A stretch of DNA of 63,588 nucleotides, filler included, from Neolecta irregularis DAH-3 (lineage: Eukaryota): NCBI GenBank assembly GCA_001929475.1. It is 14 parts of 14 records of this genome, joined end to end, with 100 filler letters (N's around TTAATTAATTAA, not from the genome) between each part and the next. Parts side by side here need not be neighbours in the genome. Positions count along the whole stretch, not along the records: positions 29,569 to 33,454 come from LXFE01002437.1; positions 33,555 to 35,450 come from LXFE01002439.1; positions 35,551 to 46,310 come from LXFE01000173.1; positions 46,411 to 52,191 come from LXFE01000174.1; 10 more parts are not named here. One strand, given 5' to 3'. Within the stretch, counting starts at the first letter, position 1; every line of letters starts with the position of its first letter. This document shows, one piece after another, positions 32,577-47,691 of the stretch. Position numbers and translations under genes: made by a program. Under the pieces are notes generated by a model, which had not been told where the DNA came from, made no database searches, and was given only the letters and a program-made list of their open reading frames with translations.

Positions 32577-32870
32577 AAGTGTTGGAGCCAGACTTGCCAA
32601 CAAGTAAGTAAGTCCAAGTCTGGACTTTGGACTTGCTTACTTGCATATTTCAGGCCTTTGGACTTGCTTGGACTTACTTGCTATTTTACTTGCAAGTTTG
32701 GACTTGCTTGTCTGGACTTGCTAGATAAATTTCTTTTACAGTGTGTCCACCCGCCCGCCTGACCCCGCCAGAGACCCTCCAGCGGGCGGGCATGTCAATC
32801 AATCTCCGGCAGGCGGGCGGGCGGGTCAAAACGTTTCCGGCAGGCGGGCGGGCAGGCGGGCGGCTCGTCC
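32577..32870. mobile_element. Cluster of hAT-like transposon/MITE ends with subterminal repeats
   Basis: AGTGTTGG start followed by many GGACTT/AAGTCC repeats; CAGTGTGTCC at 32739 followed by CCCGCC/GGCGGG repeats in both orientations. Confidence 0.55.
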
Positions 32871-33391
32871 TTTTAAACAATTAGGGTAGGTGCAATACAA
32901 TATTCACTAATAACCAAAATTACTAACATTAAATGATTTCTATCTGGCCATTTCTTTCATTGGTGAAGTGTGCTGCACATATAAAGTTCATGTCGAATCA
33001 TCCTGGTCACCTTGTCACGTGATCCGTGACAAATCTTGCGAGTGTAGCTTCGAGCAAATGGCAATCAATTCACAGTTGAACAACCAACCAATGTATTCAA
33101 ACGAACAAACACTATCGGGATCAAAATTTAAAGGCAAAACTAACGGTCTGCGAACAAATCCAATACAGGAAAGTCAAAGGGGGACCTTTGAAGAAACATC
33201 ATATGGAGGAAAGTACCAAACCGCCATATAACCTAACAGCCTGCCAGAACATTCTCCAGGTGGGTGATTGGATCTCTTGGTGAAGGCGGGAGGCATAAAA
33301 ATCCGGCCTGAGAGCCCCACCCGCCAGAGAGGCTCTGGTGGGCGCACAGATCAGATTTTTCCGGGAGGCGGCCGGCATACTTATCGTTCCA

Positions 33392-33454
33392 CAGTGTTGT
33401 GGATGGACCATGGACTTAATCCAGTCCATTAAAAGTTCATGGACTGGACTATGG
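33392..33454 (+). mobile_element. hAT-like terminal inverted repeat end
   Basis: CAGTGTTGTGGATGGAC followed by TGGAC/GTCCA repeats; 16/17 match to the reverse complement of 54104-54120. Confidence 0.6.
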
Positions 33455-33909
33455 NNNNNNNNNNNNNNNNNNNNNNNNNNNNNNNNNNNNNNNNNNNNTT
33501 AATTAATTAANNNNNNNNNNNNNNNNNNNNNNNNNNNNNNNNNNNNNNNNNNNNGCAGGCCCCACAGCGCACGGCGGTACCATCCCCACGTTTCTACAGT
33601 GCGCCAAACCCTGACCCTTAGCACTCTGACCGCAGCGATCTGCAAGTCCTCCAATCTCGGTTCTCATATCATCAAAAAGAATATTCATCTTCAAACAGTG
33701 GTGGCTGCGCATGATTTGGCGCCTGGATATTGCTACTTCAACTCTTAGCTGATCTCAGCCAAATGTTTCATTATTTATGGCTTTTTCAGAGACAGCAAGA
33801 AATGCGAAATAGAATCCTTGCGACATCTATAAAAGGACTTGATGCCATCAGGTTACCCAACTCTTCACTATACCGCATCCTTTCTCTACGCAGTCCATTA
33901 CCCTATATT

Positions 33910-35204
33910 ATGTTTAAGCTCTTGTGGTCGATCGTGCTTCATACGAATCTCCTTTGCGCCGCATCCTATCTAGACCAATTCACAGAAGTCGAAGTTAGAT
34001 TCGATAAAAGCGGAGCAGGCAATTTTCGTCATCGGGGCCCTAACGAAGCCTCTGTACAAAAGATATCTGAATGTGCACAGAGATGCTTCTTGGAAAAGTA
34101 TTTCTGTAGTGCATTCACCGTCTTTGCTCAGAGGTCAAATTCCTTCCTATGTATGACATATGCGAAACCTCATTTACCATCTCCGCCTCTATTTTCATCC
34201 GCTTATTCAATGATAGCATTCTACATGTAAGCATCTGTGAGTATGCATATTGATAATATAGTGTCAAACCACGAAATTTTGACGTTGTACAAGAGTTTTC
34301 TCGTAATATAGAATGCAGTACAGAGTGGATCGATAACATTAAAAATGGATATTCAGAATCAGTACAGAAAGAATCCTGGAAACCTTTTTTGCGTGGCTGC
34401 TGGAACTCTGCGGTTTTTGGCAAACCTGCAACTGTAGTCGATATTATTGAGCAAAGGGATACAGGTGATATTGAGGAATATGATACAGGAGAGCGACAGA
34501 CAAAAAAACGCAAAATCTCTGGCCATTCGATCGATGAAGAAATCAGCGTTGGCCTCAAATCATGGCCAGATTATACTGGATCTTCAGATTTCTTAGACAT
34601 CATTGCGCTGGCTTTTCTCGATATATTCAGCCACAACATTGATCGAGATTTCACTACTGTTTTTGATCCAATAAAGAAGTCTTTGTTTATCCATGGAGAA
34701 GACTTTTACCTTTTCATCGTTTCAGATGGCAACGACGATTACGTTATGATACAGTACCATTCCAATCTACCTGCAAATCAACCACTCATATATACATCGG
34801 GTTCCAAACGGGATATCAAGTCCGAATCTGCCATGAAAATGTTTCAAGAAGCTATGAATCTTCTAGGCCACCAACGGCCCTTTTTATCTGAAATCGCAGT
34901 TCCACTCATTACGGATCCTAATCGTGGTCATACAGAGTCAACGTTAGCTGTTCTATTAGGGGCCACAAAAATCCTTCTGCAGCCTAAATATTTCTACAGT
35001 GATATATTCAGATTCACAGCGGATGATAGCCTGAAATGTCTTATCGACATGGTTCCATTTGTGCTCTCTAAAGTATATGAGAAGAACATTAGATCCAAGA
35101 TAACTCAGTCTCGATTATTGAAAACCAGTGTGGAAACCCATTTTACAGATATTGATATTATTACAGTTCCCAAAAGCGATTCTGGAATAGGTAATGGGAC
35201 CTAG
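33910..35204 (+). CDS. Secreted PAN/apple-like + unknown-domain protein, family copy B (2 exons; intron 34227-34261)
   Basis: Hydrophobic leader MFKLLWSIVLHTNLLCAA; CAQRC..YFCSAF..LCMTY; GTAAGC...TTGATAATATAG phase-2 intron joins to ORF 34389-35204 in frame (…AFYI/VKPRNFDVVQEF…EWIDNIKNGY). Confidence 0.8.
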
Positions 35205-36021
35205 ATGGGGTTTATTTTGGTATATTTTGTATGGCCAGAGTAGTTTTTCTTTTTTCACTAGGAGACTTTATTGTTTGCAGATTATTACTTAAGGCCGCTT
35301 GTTATAACAGGCTATTGAACTAATATACGGGGCAGACAGGCGATCCCGAGTGAGTTGATGTTTCAATCATTCCTACAACGATCCTTTGACTTGGGTAGAC
35401 ACCATTAGTTTCACCTTGTGATTTGAATCCTACAATGGTCATTTCGATTGNNNNNNNNNNNNNNNNNNNNNNNNNNNNNNNNNNNNNNNNNNNNTTAATT
35501 AATTAANNNNNNNNNNNNNNNNNNNNNNNNNNNNNNNNNNNNNNNNNNNNGAGTTACAACACTTAGGCTAGAAATATATCCTGGTCTTATTTGTAACTTC
35601 TGGCGTTAAGCTTACAGTATTAGTCTTAGTACTCGACGCTAAGCAGCTCGATAATTTCTTTCTAGAATAATACTCCAAAACACCCAAGAATGAATACACA
35701 AACCGTGCAAAGAAACGAACGAGATGCAACTATTTCAACGAGTATGTAAAATGATGGGCAACTTTGCTCTATTATGATATGTCATAATTGCCTTGGAAGT
35801 CTTCAAGTTTCTAACAAGCGACTCGGTCGTTCCTTTGCATGCGAGGATTACATAGAATGTAATTCACAATAATGGAGAGCCATAGCGCAGGGAAAAAAAC
35901 AAAGAGAAGAGTATTCGTCGATTATTGGACCATTTGACCATCCGGCCAATAGTTCTTTTAGTAAGCACTATTAACTACCATCCAATACATGGAAACCCCC
36001 CGATCTCCAAAAAAAACTAGT

Positions 36022-39324
<3,303 letters not shown>

Positions 39325-39658
39325 TTATTTGTGTATATAGTAGGATTTTGAAAAAGTCGGGTTGCTTTCAATTCTATTTTGCGGCTTGCAAACTCGGTTG
39401 AGGTGGTGGCAACCAAACCGCCAACTCGAACGCTCGAAATAGGATTCGGCTCCACTTTTCATGCTAAAAAATGTCCGCACAAAGGACTAGGCAACGGTTT
39501 AAATGAAATATCGGCTATACAGTACTGACTTGTAGATCTGAGCGCAATCTCACACCTAATTTTGCGGGGAAACTTGGTGATGCTCCTGACCGGAAGGATC
39601 AGAAACACGTAAATCGAAAACAATTTCAAAAATGTTGACATTTTAGGTAGCAGACCGA

Positions 39659-41452
39659 ATGATGAGACGGTATTCGACGAAACCCGCTATAGGAGGAATG
39701 CCCGGAGGACACCAGGAATCATTTCCAGCAGGACTACGGGCAATTCAACAGACAGCAGTCGCTCAAGAAAACAAAAAACTGCCGCCTGTCAAACCAGCTG
39801 ATAAAAGTGGAAAAGTAGATCCATCGGCATTTTCTGCGTCGAATTTCAATGCCGAGCAATGTACTGCCTCCATGTTGTGTGATGCATTGACATGATAGAC
39901 GTCGAAGCATCAATTCGACATGCAAAGGAGTCGGAACTTCAAACCTTTTATTCTGATCTCAGGAGAATCAAGGAGGAAACCTATGTCAACCTCCAGCGAA
40001 ATGTGTTTCGCAATTACAAGGAATTTGTAGTAATCGCCAAAGAAGTCGCCCACCTGTCATCCGATATGAACACTCTCCGGGAATATCTAACGAATTTGCA
40101 ATCAATTACTGCTCTTCTCAAGAATGATCTTGATTTAGCCCAAGACGAAGACAACAGTATAATTGCACAACGTCGCCATGCAAAATTTAGAAATTCTATT
40201 GCAGATTTGACAACGATCTACGCAAGCCAACTTGCAAGCCTCTGGGAGCGAGTTGAAGGGAGTCAGAAATACGTACCATCATTCCCTGGCCGTCATATTA
40301 TCCGAGAATGTCCAAACTTTGTCGAATTGCACGCAGCTACTTATAAACCAAAGCAACCGGTGTATATTGTCCTACTGGACGATCATTTATTAGTTGCAAC
40401 ATCGAAAACTCGAGCAGGTGCCACCAAACTAGTCGCTGAGAAGTGCTGGAATTTGCTAGACATCGAACTCAAGGATATTCATAATTCATTACAACTCATA
40501 TTCGGAAATGAAACCTACGTGTATACCAGCGAGAAGAATGACGATATGAAAACATTGCTAGCAATCTATAAACGTGCTTGCGAGGAAATGAAGTCCAGCA
40601 TGTTCTGTTTACTAATCTGTTTTAATCTTTTAGGACAGAAATCTGGATCTGTGCCACGAGCCAGAATTCCCAGTACAATCCTGGAGCCCGCAAAGGATCT
40701 TCGTTGGATTGAGGACCGAATGGACGAACTTGACGAATGGATCGCTCATAAGAATTTCGACGACGCCGTAAACTCCATCACCCAGGGTATCATACTTGTG
40801 CTTTCATTTCTGATTCCGTTCAAGGCCGTACAATTACTTTAAGCCAGCAATTTGATGGACCAACAACCGAGATTATTGGTTCAAAGCTTGATGAGCGAGC
40901 TCAACGGCTCTGCATTATACTCTGCACAGAACTATCTGAGAACGCTGGAAAGAAAAATGTGGTTAGACGCACCGTTAGATGGCTCGTTGAACTCGGATTC
41001 GAAGATCGTGCTAGGTCTGCGTTTTCTAGTAGTCGTGACGCTATGATCAAGCAAAGAACAAGGTGTTACTTAACTTCCATATTTACTAACTGACACAGGC
41101 AAATCCTTTTCCAGGGAGAGATTCCGCAATACCTGTCCGACTTTGCACTTGTGCAATTCACTTTAATGAAAAACACATGGGAAATGTGGCAACTGGCTTT
41201 TCAGGAGAACCGGATGGCTTCTGGTATGGGCTGTTTACTTGTGTGAATTCTGATATGCTAGGTTTCGCGGCCTGGGCTGCCAACCAAATTGCACGATTCA
41301 AGGAAACCTTTAGTCGACAGCTCGATGGATTTTCTACCACCGGTGATGAATATAGGAACAGCATTGAGGCCGTTCGAAACCAGATTCCTGTGCTGAGAGA
41401 AGTTGGGATGGACGCTAGTTTTTTATTGAAAGAGATATTACAGCAGGCGTAA
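39659..41452 (+). CDS. EXO84: Exocyst subunit Exo84 (multi-exon)
   Basis: Vps51/Exo84-type N-terminus (LQRNVFRNYKEFVVIAKEV), LWERVEGSQKY..GRHII PH domain, DELDEWIAHKNFDDAV, LREVGMD C-terminus. Confidence 0.88.
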
Positions 41453-41863
41453 GGGTTAGTAGGGATCTTGGGGCTATGTATATTCAAGTTCGTAACTTCT
41501 GTTTGGAATGATTTAGCCTCAACGCAATTTTGTATTTGCCTTACTTTTAGCAAGAAACATCCAGGTTGTACAGCTGCAATGGAGAAGAGGAAAGACAAGA
41601 AAGAAGTAAAAAAGTGATCGAGATCTGTCCAACAAGCACAGTGGCACTTGTCGACTGTCGTCGAATGTCAACGAGAAATCTAAAGCGAGAGGGAAACGAG
41701 ATAAAAAGTCCTCAAGGTCGAAAGAAGAAAAGAAGGACTGGAGAGAAGATCAAGGAAAAGGATGGAATAAGCCAAAGAGATTGATTCTGGGAGGCGTCCT
41801 GATTCAGATATCAAAAGATTTCAGACGACTGAAACAAGATTGCAACAATAGTCTGTGATATTA

Positions 41864-42671
41864 CAGTCGAACCCCGCTATAGGGAACCTCAGTGCAACGA
41901 ATTACTCCTTATAACAAACCCAACTGCTTCCCAAAATTAATTTGTGTGAGGTCTAACGAATCTATCTCTTACTACAAAGTTCGTTAGATTAATGCGAAAT
42001 TCGTTATACTATGAAATGCCGTTCCGCTATCACAAATGAGCAAAAGATTGCTTTGGGTGCCCACCACCTGAATCCTCATCTGGAATATAAGGCTTTAACC
42101 AGTGGTTTATTGAGCAATACAATAGACCGATCTATCACTGCATCATATGCCTCTGAGATACTCTCACCACAGTATAATAGCCTTGATTCTGACATAGCCT
42201 CAAGTAGCCAACAATACCAGAAGCAAAGTACTGACATGGTGAGCAATAGCTTGAATTGGATACAAATAGACTACAAGGATAGAAGAGCATATTATAATAT
42301 CGGAAAGTGTTGAAAGTAATCGATGCAGTCTCGATATCCAGGCAGCAGGATCCGGCGCAGCTACCACTTTTTGAATCCCAGCAAGAGATTCCGAAGCGAA
42401 TTCGTTGGATAACGTCCGGTCATTTTGTAATGGAAGACATGATGTTGGGACATTCTCTCGTAGTCGTGCTAGAAGCGTTGAAAAACCTCATATACATCAC
42501 CATCAAGATAAAGATGGCTGAATCAAGTAATTTTTCTCTCTGATTCATTTGGATTGGATTGGATTGGCTAGGATCTTTGCTTTTTCTATTTTACTATCAT
42601 GATACAACGAATCCGCCTTGTACAAATTCAACACCCTTGAACGCCCCATCCGTTGTAAGCAAGTTCGACTG
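41864..42671 (+). mobile_element. Internally deleted pogo/Tigger-type (Tc1/mariner) DNA transposon
   Basis: TA|CAGTCGAAC...GTTCGACTG|TA termini with TA TSD; internal remnant RSAITNEQKIAL..ASEILS resembles the CENP-B/pogo N-terminal HTH; no DDE region. Confidence 0.85.
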
Positions 42672-42729
42672 TAGCCGTCCTTTCTGGGGTAGTTCTTGCT
42701 TCATTTTCATAATTTTCACTCCAGTTGCC

Positions 42730-43628
42730 ATGCCAAACGCATCTAACCTTAAGCTTAAAGTCACAGCTGGTTCTTGTAAAGATCGTTCTAAGTGCACATT
42801 GGTTTCGATAAACGACCCGACAAATCCAATTCATATTTTGTCCGAGCACTTTGAAGGATATCTCACAGTTCGGGTGAAAGATTTCAATGGCATCTCCTAT
42901 AGTTCGAAAATCATCGTCCAGGACGAGAAATATTTCTCTGATACAAAAGACACAAGTAGTATACAATTCATTGGGAAATTCAAAGGTCGTTACTCCACAA
43001 ATGATATTCTATGGGGTGTATGCCTCTATTAATTCCGTTTCAAAACTGATAAGAGAACGACTTTGACGAGCCCATCAAATCTCATCTTCCAACTGGAACT
43101 TCAGTTGGTTTGTGGGCTCTCAAGATGATCGATGCTGCACTTGAGACGGATCTCTATGCCCCTGAACCTTGGGCGTATTCGCCACTGTACTCAACAATGA
43201 CTCTTCTCCGTACCTCGACCGGTCCACTGCCATCATTTCCAGTCTTTACTCGGCTGAATGAAGATACGTCGTCAATTGTTCCTGACAATCAATCATTATC
43301 ATCATCTTTACGGAGAGAATTCTTCGCAAAAGAGTCGAACCGAAGAACTGTCAATATAGACGAGTCTGTACTTGTAGAAGGCGACTTCTCCCACCCATTT
43401 ATTAACTTCAATAAGATTGCCGTGCATTTACCCGTTGTCGGGCTCGACGTTGATATATTGAAATATTGGAATGGGTTGCCGTTCAGATACGTTTGCAAGA
43501 CGCGAGACGGAAATACCGTCTTCTTTTGCATATATTTTGAACTTATTGAAGAAGAGAAGGAAAAAAAAAGAAATAGAATCGAGAAGGAAGAAACGAAGGA
43601 AAACGATGATGCAATGAGTGTCGACTAG
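42730..43628 (+). CDS. DUF1769 family protein (one intron)
   Basis: LKVTAG, ILSEHFEGYLTVRVKDF, SIQFIGKF, WG/NDFDEPI..LP, IDAALETDLYAPEPWAYSP, PFRYVCKTRDG..FFCIYFEL. Confidence 0.85.
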
Positions 43629-43944
43629 ACATTTTGAGGGAATTCGCCATATGTATTATAATCATTGAAATAGTTGACGAGCCGGTACAGCTCTTCATCA
43701 GTGCGGGAGTGGCATATTCAAAATACACCAGTAATCCAGTTACCAACAAAAACAAGCTTGAACCACCTGTGAACACTCTTTATAGCTTTCCATTTATTTT
43801 CCGGTACTTCAAACAGCGAAGACCTATCAGAAGAATTCTGTTCTTCCCAGTTAACTTTGATGTCCATTGCATTCTAATAACCACAAAAGAAAACATTCGG
43901 AAACAATCGCTATTGTCTGGTTCTTTCGTGGCACCTCAAATAGC

Positions 43945-45978
43945 ATGGTTTGCGATGACTTCCAAATTGATCAATGGATTCAAGATATCTCTCCCTCTGA
44001 CAGACCGCATACATGGGGAACAGTATCTGATGAAGACACATCTGAAGACAAAAATGCTGGGCAACCCATAGAAATATCTGCCATCTTTGGGAAAGTCAAA
44101 ATGTTGGACGGACTAAAATGCTATGATGGAAATCTACTGTTGCTCGATCAGTGGCTCAGTGAAGTAGAGCAACATCTTAAAATTCGGAATCTACCTATAT
44201 ACGGTGGATATTTCAGTGGAAATTCTTCTGATGGGACTATCAGAAGTTGTCTATCAACAACATGCGGATCCGAGGCCTCCTGGTCATTCATGCTCTATCA
44301 GCTTCGGGAAGTAACTGAAAAGTTGACCGGCACGGCGAAGGACTGGTATGAACGATACTGTCATGATGGTTTTATGCCCCCTAACTGCTGGAGGAAAAAC
44401 GAGGATAATGACTATGCGGGAGAGGTTGGACTTTATCAGCTGCTGACAATTCATTTTCGAAGCATACAAGATGAAAATCTTTCCGCAAAACCATTTTGCG
44501 ACCTCAAACTCCCGACCCTCGATTTCCTTGACGGGGAACTAACTACAATTTATCCTACAGGCCCTCTATTTGAGAAGGAAAGTCCAAGTCAAGAATTTTT
44601 GAAGGGCAAAATCCAGTCACTCATTCGTTGCAATAATTGCTGGGGATATGGGCACTTGGCTAGAAAATGCCCCTCGCCTCTGACATTAAACTCATTAGCA
44701 TACAAGGAGCCTATTCGATATGCTGTACCGGCGCATTTTCAATCACCTGCTCCAGACACATTTACTCCGCCAACAACCCCTCTACTATCCCCATTATACC
44801 AGACAAATCAACAGAACTGTATACATCAGGTGGAACATTTTAGTCCTGGGAAGGATGTGTCAACTTTTCCATTCACTGCTGTTCCTCCTGTAAGACTTCC
44901 CCGCCCACAAATGTTACAGGGATTTCGCTCACAAGTTCGTTTGACGACAGACTTGGCCGCAGTCCGACACTCTCGTTCAGTCAGGGAAGACAAGATTCTG
45001 GAATCCACCTGCCTCTATCTTCTACAAGGCAAGATTACCTTTCCTCCTGAACTCAACCATGCTATCAAAGACTTTATTCAATTTCGAGGACTTCGGGTAC
45101 AAGGCGATGTTGTAATGGATCGCAAGAACCGTATAGTTGTTTCATCTTCAGCTGAGAGAGAGAAAATATACCTCGACTTTCATAGGTCTTCTGGTCATCA
45201 ATATATCAGTGGCACAATGACTACAATCGCAGAAAACTATTGGTGGCCTTGTTTTGCTCATTTCGTCCAATCTAGGATCAGTTATTGCCAAGAATGTTTG
45301 AAATATGCTCGGCCTCTGAATACTGCAAATACAGTAGCTTTTCCTACTCTTCCGTCGCACATTTTTGAACGATGGATGGTTGTTGTATCACCTTTGCTCA
45401 AAACAACTTCCGGAGGTAACAGATATCTCGTCATAGCAGTCGAAATCTCTACTCGTTGGATTGAGGCAATTCCCGTACAGAATAAAGAACCAATTACAGT
45501 GGCTTCGCGTCTCTACAAAATATTTGAGAAATTCGGTGCAGCCAAGTTTCTCCAAAGTGACCACGGTGCAGTTTTCATTAATGCAGTAATTGATGAACTA
45601 AATATTCTCTCCAATGGTCATCTTCATATTTTCACACCATATCATCCACGTACTCGAGGTTGGATAGAAAAGATTAACACATTCGGGTTTGTGAATAAGT
45701 TAACAAAGGAAAGTCAAACTCAATGGGATGAAGCACCTCTTGAATTGGCATTGATCACTCAGCGATCCTCTCTGGATCCAGCCACAGGCGAGAGTCCGTT
45801 ATGGCTTGTTTGGGGTCATCTCTCATGCTCTGCAATTGAGTCGTTTGGAGATGTTGACAAGAAGGGTGTACTTCAGAGGATCCAAGCTGCCTTTGCGCTG
45901 AACATCCAAACGAAAAACATAACATCTGGGTTAGGCGATGGAATTGAAAAGATTGCATACCGTCTGGACAAGGTGTGA
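43945..45978 (+). CDS. Ty3/gypsy-derived Gag-CCHC-integrase fusion ORF (677 aa) lacking PR/RT/RNase H
   Basis: Capsid-like YDGN..LDQWLSEVE, LTGTAKDWY; CNNCWGYGHLARKC knuckle; H2C2 (FHRSSGH..YWWP..CQEC); core SDHG-x35-E intact but first Asp position reads WMVV; no stops. Confidence 0.85.
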   Translation: MVCDDFQIDQWIQDISPSDRPHTWGTVSDEDTSEDKNAGQPIEISAIFGKVKMLDGLKCYDGNLLLLDQWLSEVEQHLKIRNLPIYGGYFSGNSSDGTIRSCLSTTCGSEASWSFMLYQLREVTEKLTGTAKDWYERYCHDGFMPPNCWRKNEDNDYAGEVGLYQLLTIHFRSIQDENLSAKPFCDLKLPTLDFLDGELTTIYPTGPLFEKESPSQEFLKGKIQSLIRCNNCWGYGHLARKCPSPLTLNSLAYKEPIRYAVPAHFQSPAPDTFTPPTTPLLSPLYQTNQQNCIHQVEHFSPGKDVSTFPFTAVPPVRLPRPQMLQGFRSQVRLTTDLAAVRHSRSVREDKILESTCLYLLQGKITFPPELNHAIKDFIQFRGLRVQGDVVMDRKNRIVVSSSAEREKIYLDFHRSSGHQYISGTMTTIAENYWWPCFAHFVQSRISYCQECLKYARPLNTANTVAFPTLPSHIFERWMVVVSPLLKTTSGGNRYLVIAVEISTRWIEAIPVQNKEPITVASRLYKIFEKFGAAKFLQSDHGAVFINAVIDELNILSNGHLHIFTPYHPRTRGWIEKINTFGFVNKLTKESQTQWDEAPLELALITQRSSLDPATGESPLWLVWGHLSCSAIESFGDVDKKGVLQRIQAAFALNIQTKNITSGLGDGIEKIAYRLDKV

Positions 45979-46142
45979 ACTGTTGATCTCACTGTTGTTG
46001 GCTTTTTCGCTTATCATATTTGTATCGCTGGGTCTGGACTGCATATCAAGTCCAAGCCAAGCATTTATTCATGTCAACTCCTGTTATAATCTATTGGTGT
46101 AGATAACCAGGTGAATTGATCCATGTTTGTCTGAGGTGTGAG

Positions 46143-46240
46143 CAGCGTTCCTAACCGACTGGACCAAATAGACCGACCAGACCAGGGCCTCTGGTCTTGT
46201 CGGTCTAAGTAGACCATAGACTGGTCCAGACGGTCTACAC
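46143..46240. mobile_element. hAT-like MITE/end fragment
   Basis: CAGCGTTCC start with repeated GACC/GGTC motifs in both orientations (AGACC...GGTCT). Confidence 0.45.
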
Positions 46241-46445
46241 CATACTATACATGTAGACAATATACTCTCCTTGGGAGTTAGATAGCTTAGCTTTTGTAGT
46301 ATATTTTATANNNNNNNNNNNNNNNNNNNNNNNNNNNNNNNNNNNNNNNNNNNNTTAATTAATTAANNNNNNNNNNNNNNNNNNNNNNNNNNNNNNNNNN
46401 NNNNNNNNNNGAGCTTGCAAGTAATAATAAATTTCTGATAACTAG

Positions 46446-47319
46446 GACACGTAAGCCAGTACAAGTTCAAGACATTGCTGCAAGGTTTTCTCACAATGAC
46501 TATACGAATGAAAATGATTGGGCTATTGAGATTCAAACTAGATATGGGCTATTCAAGGCACCTCCTGACATAAAACTGCTACATCAAGATGTTCTAAGGG
46601 TCTGCAACATTGCCATACACGGCGATCGACCAATGTCGGTAAATATTAGACGACAACTTATGGACCTACCCCTAAATTCGTGGGCACAGCATTCGACTCG
46701 CTACTCAGTCACCTTACCTGAAGGGTACGACACTATTGTATTGATTTTTCTCGAGATATTTAGCAAGAGTGCTGATAAAGATGTGATCACTATTTACGAT
46801 CCAACCGAGAAGATGCTTTTCATTCAAAGTAAAGACTTGTACCTGCTTATCGTTTCAATTGGGCCTGGCCATTATGAAGTATTAAGGCATTCTAAATCGC
46901 TCAACAATCTTATCCAAACTACGATAGTTGCAGGCAATGCTGAAATCGACTATGAACAAAACAATTATGCTTTCGAGCTATTTAAAAAAATAGTGACTCA
47001 TGTTGATCAGCATGCTACGATTCCTGATGCTCTAAATAGGGATACGGTTCGCTCCAACAACAAGGACGAGCAATCGATTGCAGCAACAGCATTGGGCACA
47101 GTGGCACAAGCAATTTTTCAACCTCAATCTCGCCCAAGGGGGGGTAGGTGGTGGGGTACGTGGAATAACGAGACAATATTTTATCGCGATATCGTAACAG
47201 CAGTGCTCTCTAGCTTACGTGAAAAGATTGAAGCTGGTCCGTTCCGCAAAAATTTGTTCCAAAAGGCCAAAACTGGCGCTTTCAAAGACACGAGTATCAT
47301 TATTACCTACCAAAAGTGA
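46446..47319 (+). CDS. Family copy C of the PAN-like + unknown-domain proteins; exon 2 only (exon 1 lost at contig edge)
   Basis: Acceptor CTGATAACTAG at 46435-46445 in the same phase, then ARFSHNDYTNENDWAIEIQTRYG..VLRVC..YDTIVLIFLEIF..TIYDPTEKMLFIQSKDLYLLIVSIGPGHY..YRDIVTAVL. Confidence 0.8.
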
Positions 47320-47691
47320 TGCTTGATTCAAAGTAAAACAAAGGTAAGACGTGGCTGGTTTTGTAACAATTTTTGTATGAAGACAATAGTTGGGCTATTC
47401 TGTAATCAAGTTTACTTTAGACGCAGCTATTTTTGTAATAGTTTTGAATGAATAAGACTAGGTTGTATTATTGGTAACTTGGCCAGGTCTGGACCGCCTA
47501 TCTATGATCATCAACGGATGTCCATCACTACCTAATTATCCACTCTCCAAGATGGCGTTGTTCCTGTATGTTTAGATTAATATATATGTTGGAATGGTTA
47601 TATATTTTGCATTGGCGTTGGATTATTATTTATTTATCAATGTGTTGTGGACGATTGATTGATTGTTTCCAGTGACTTGCGAAATATCTTA

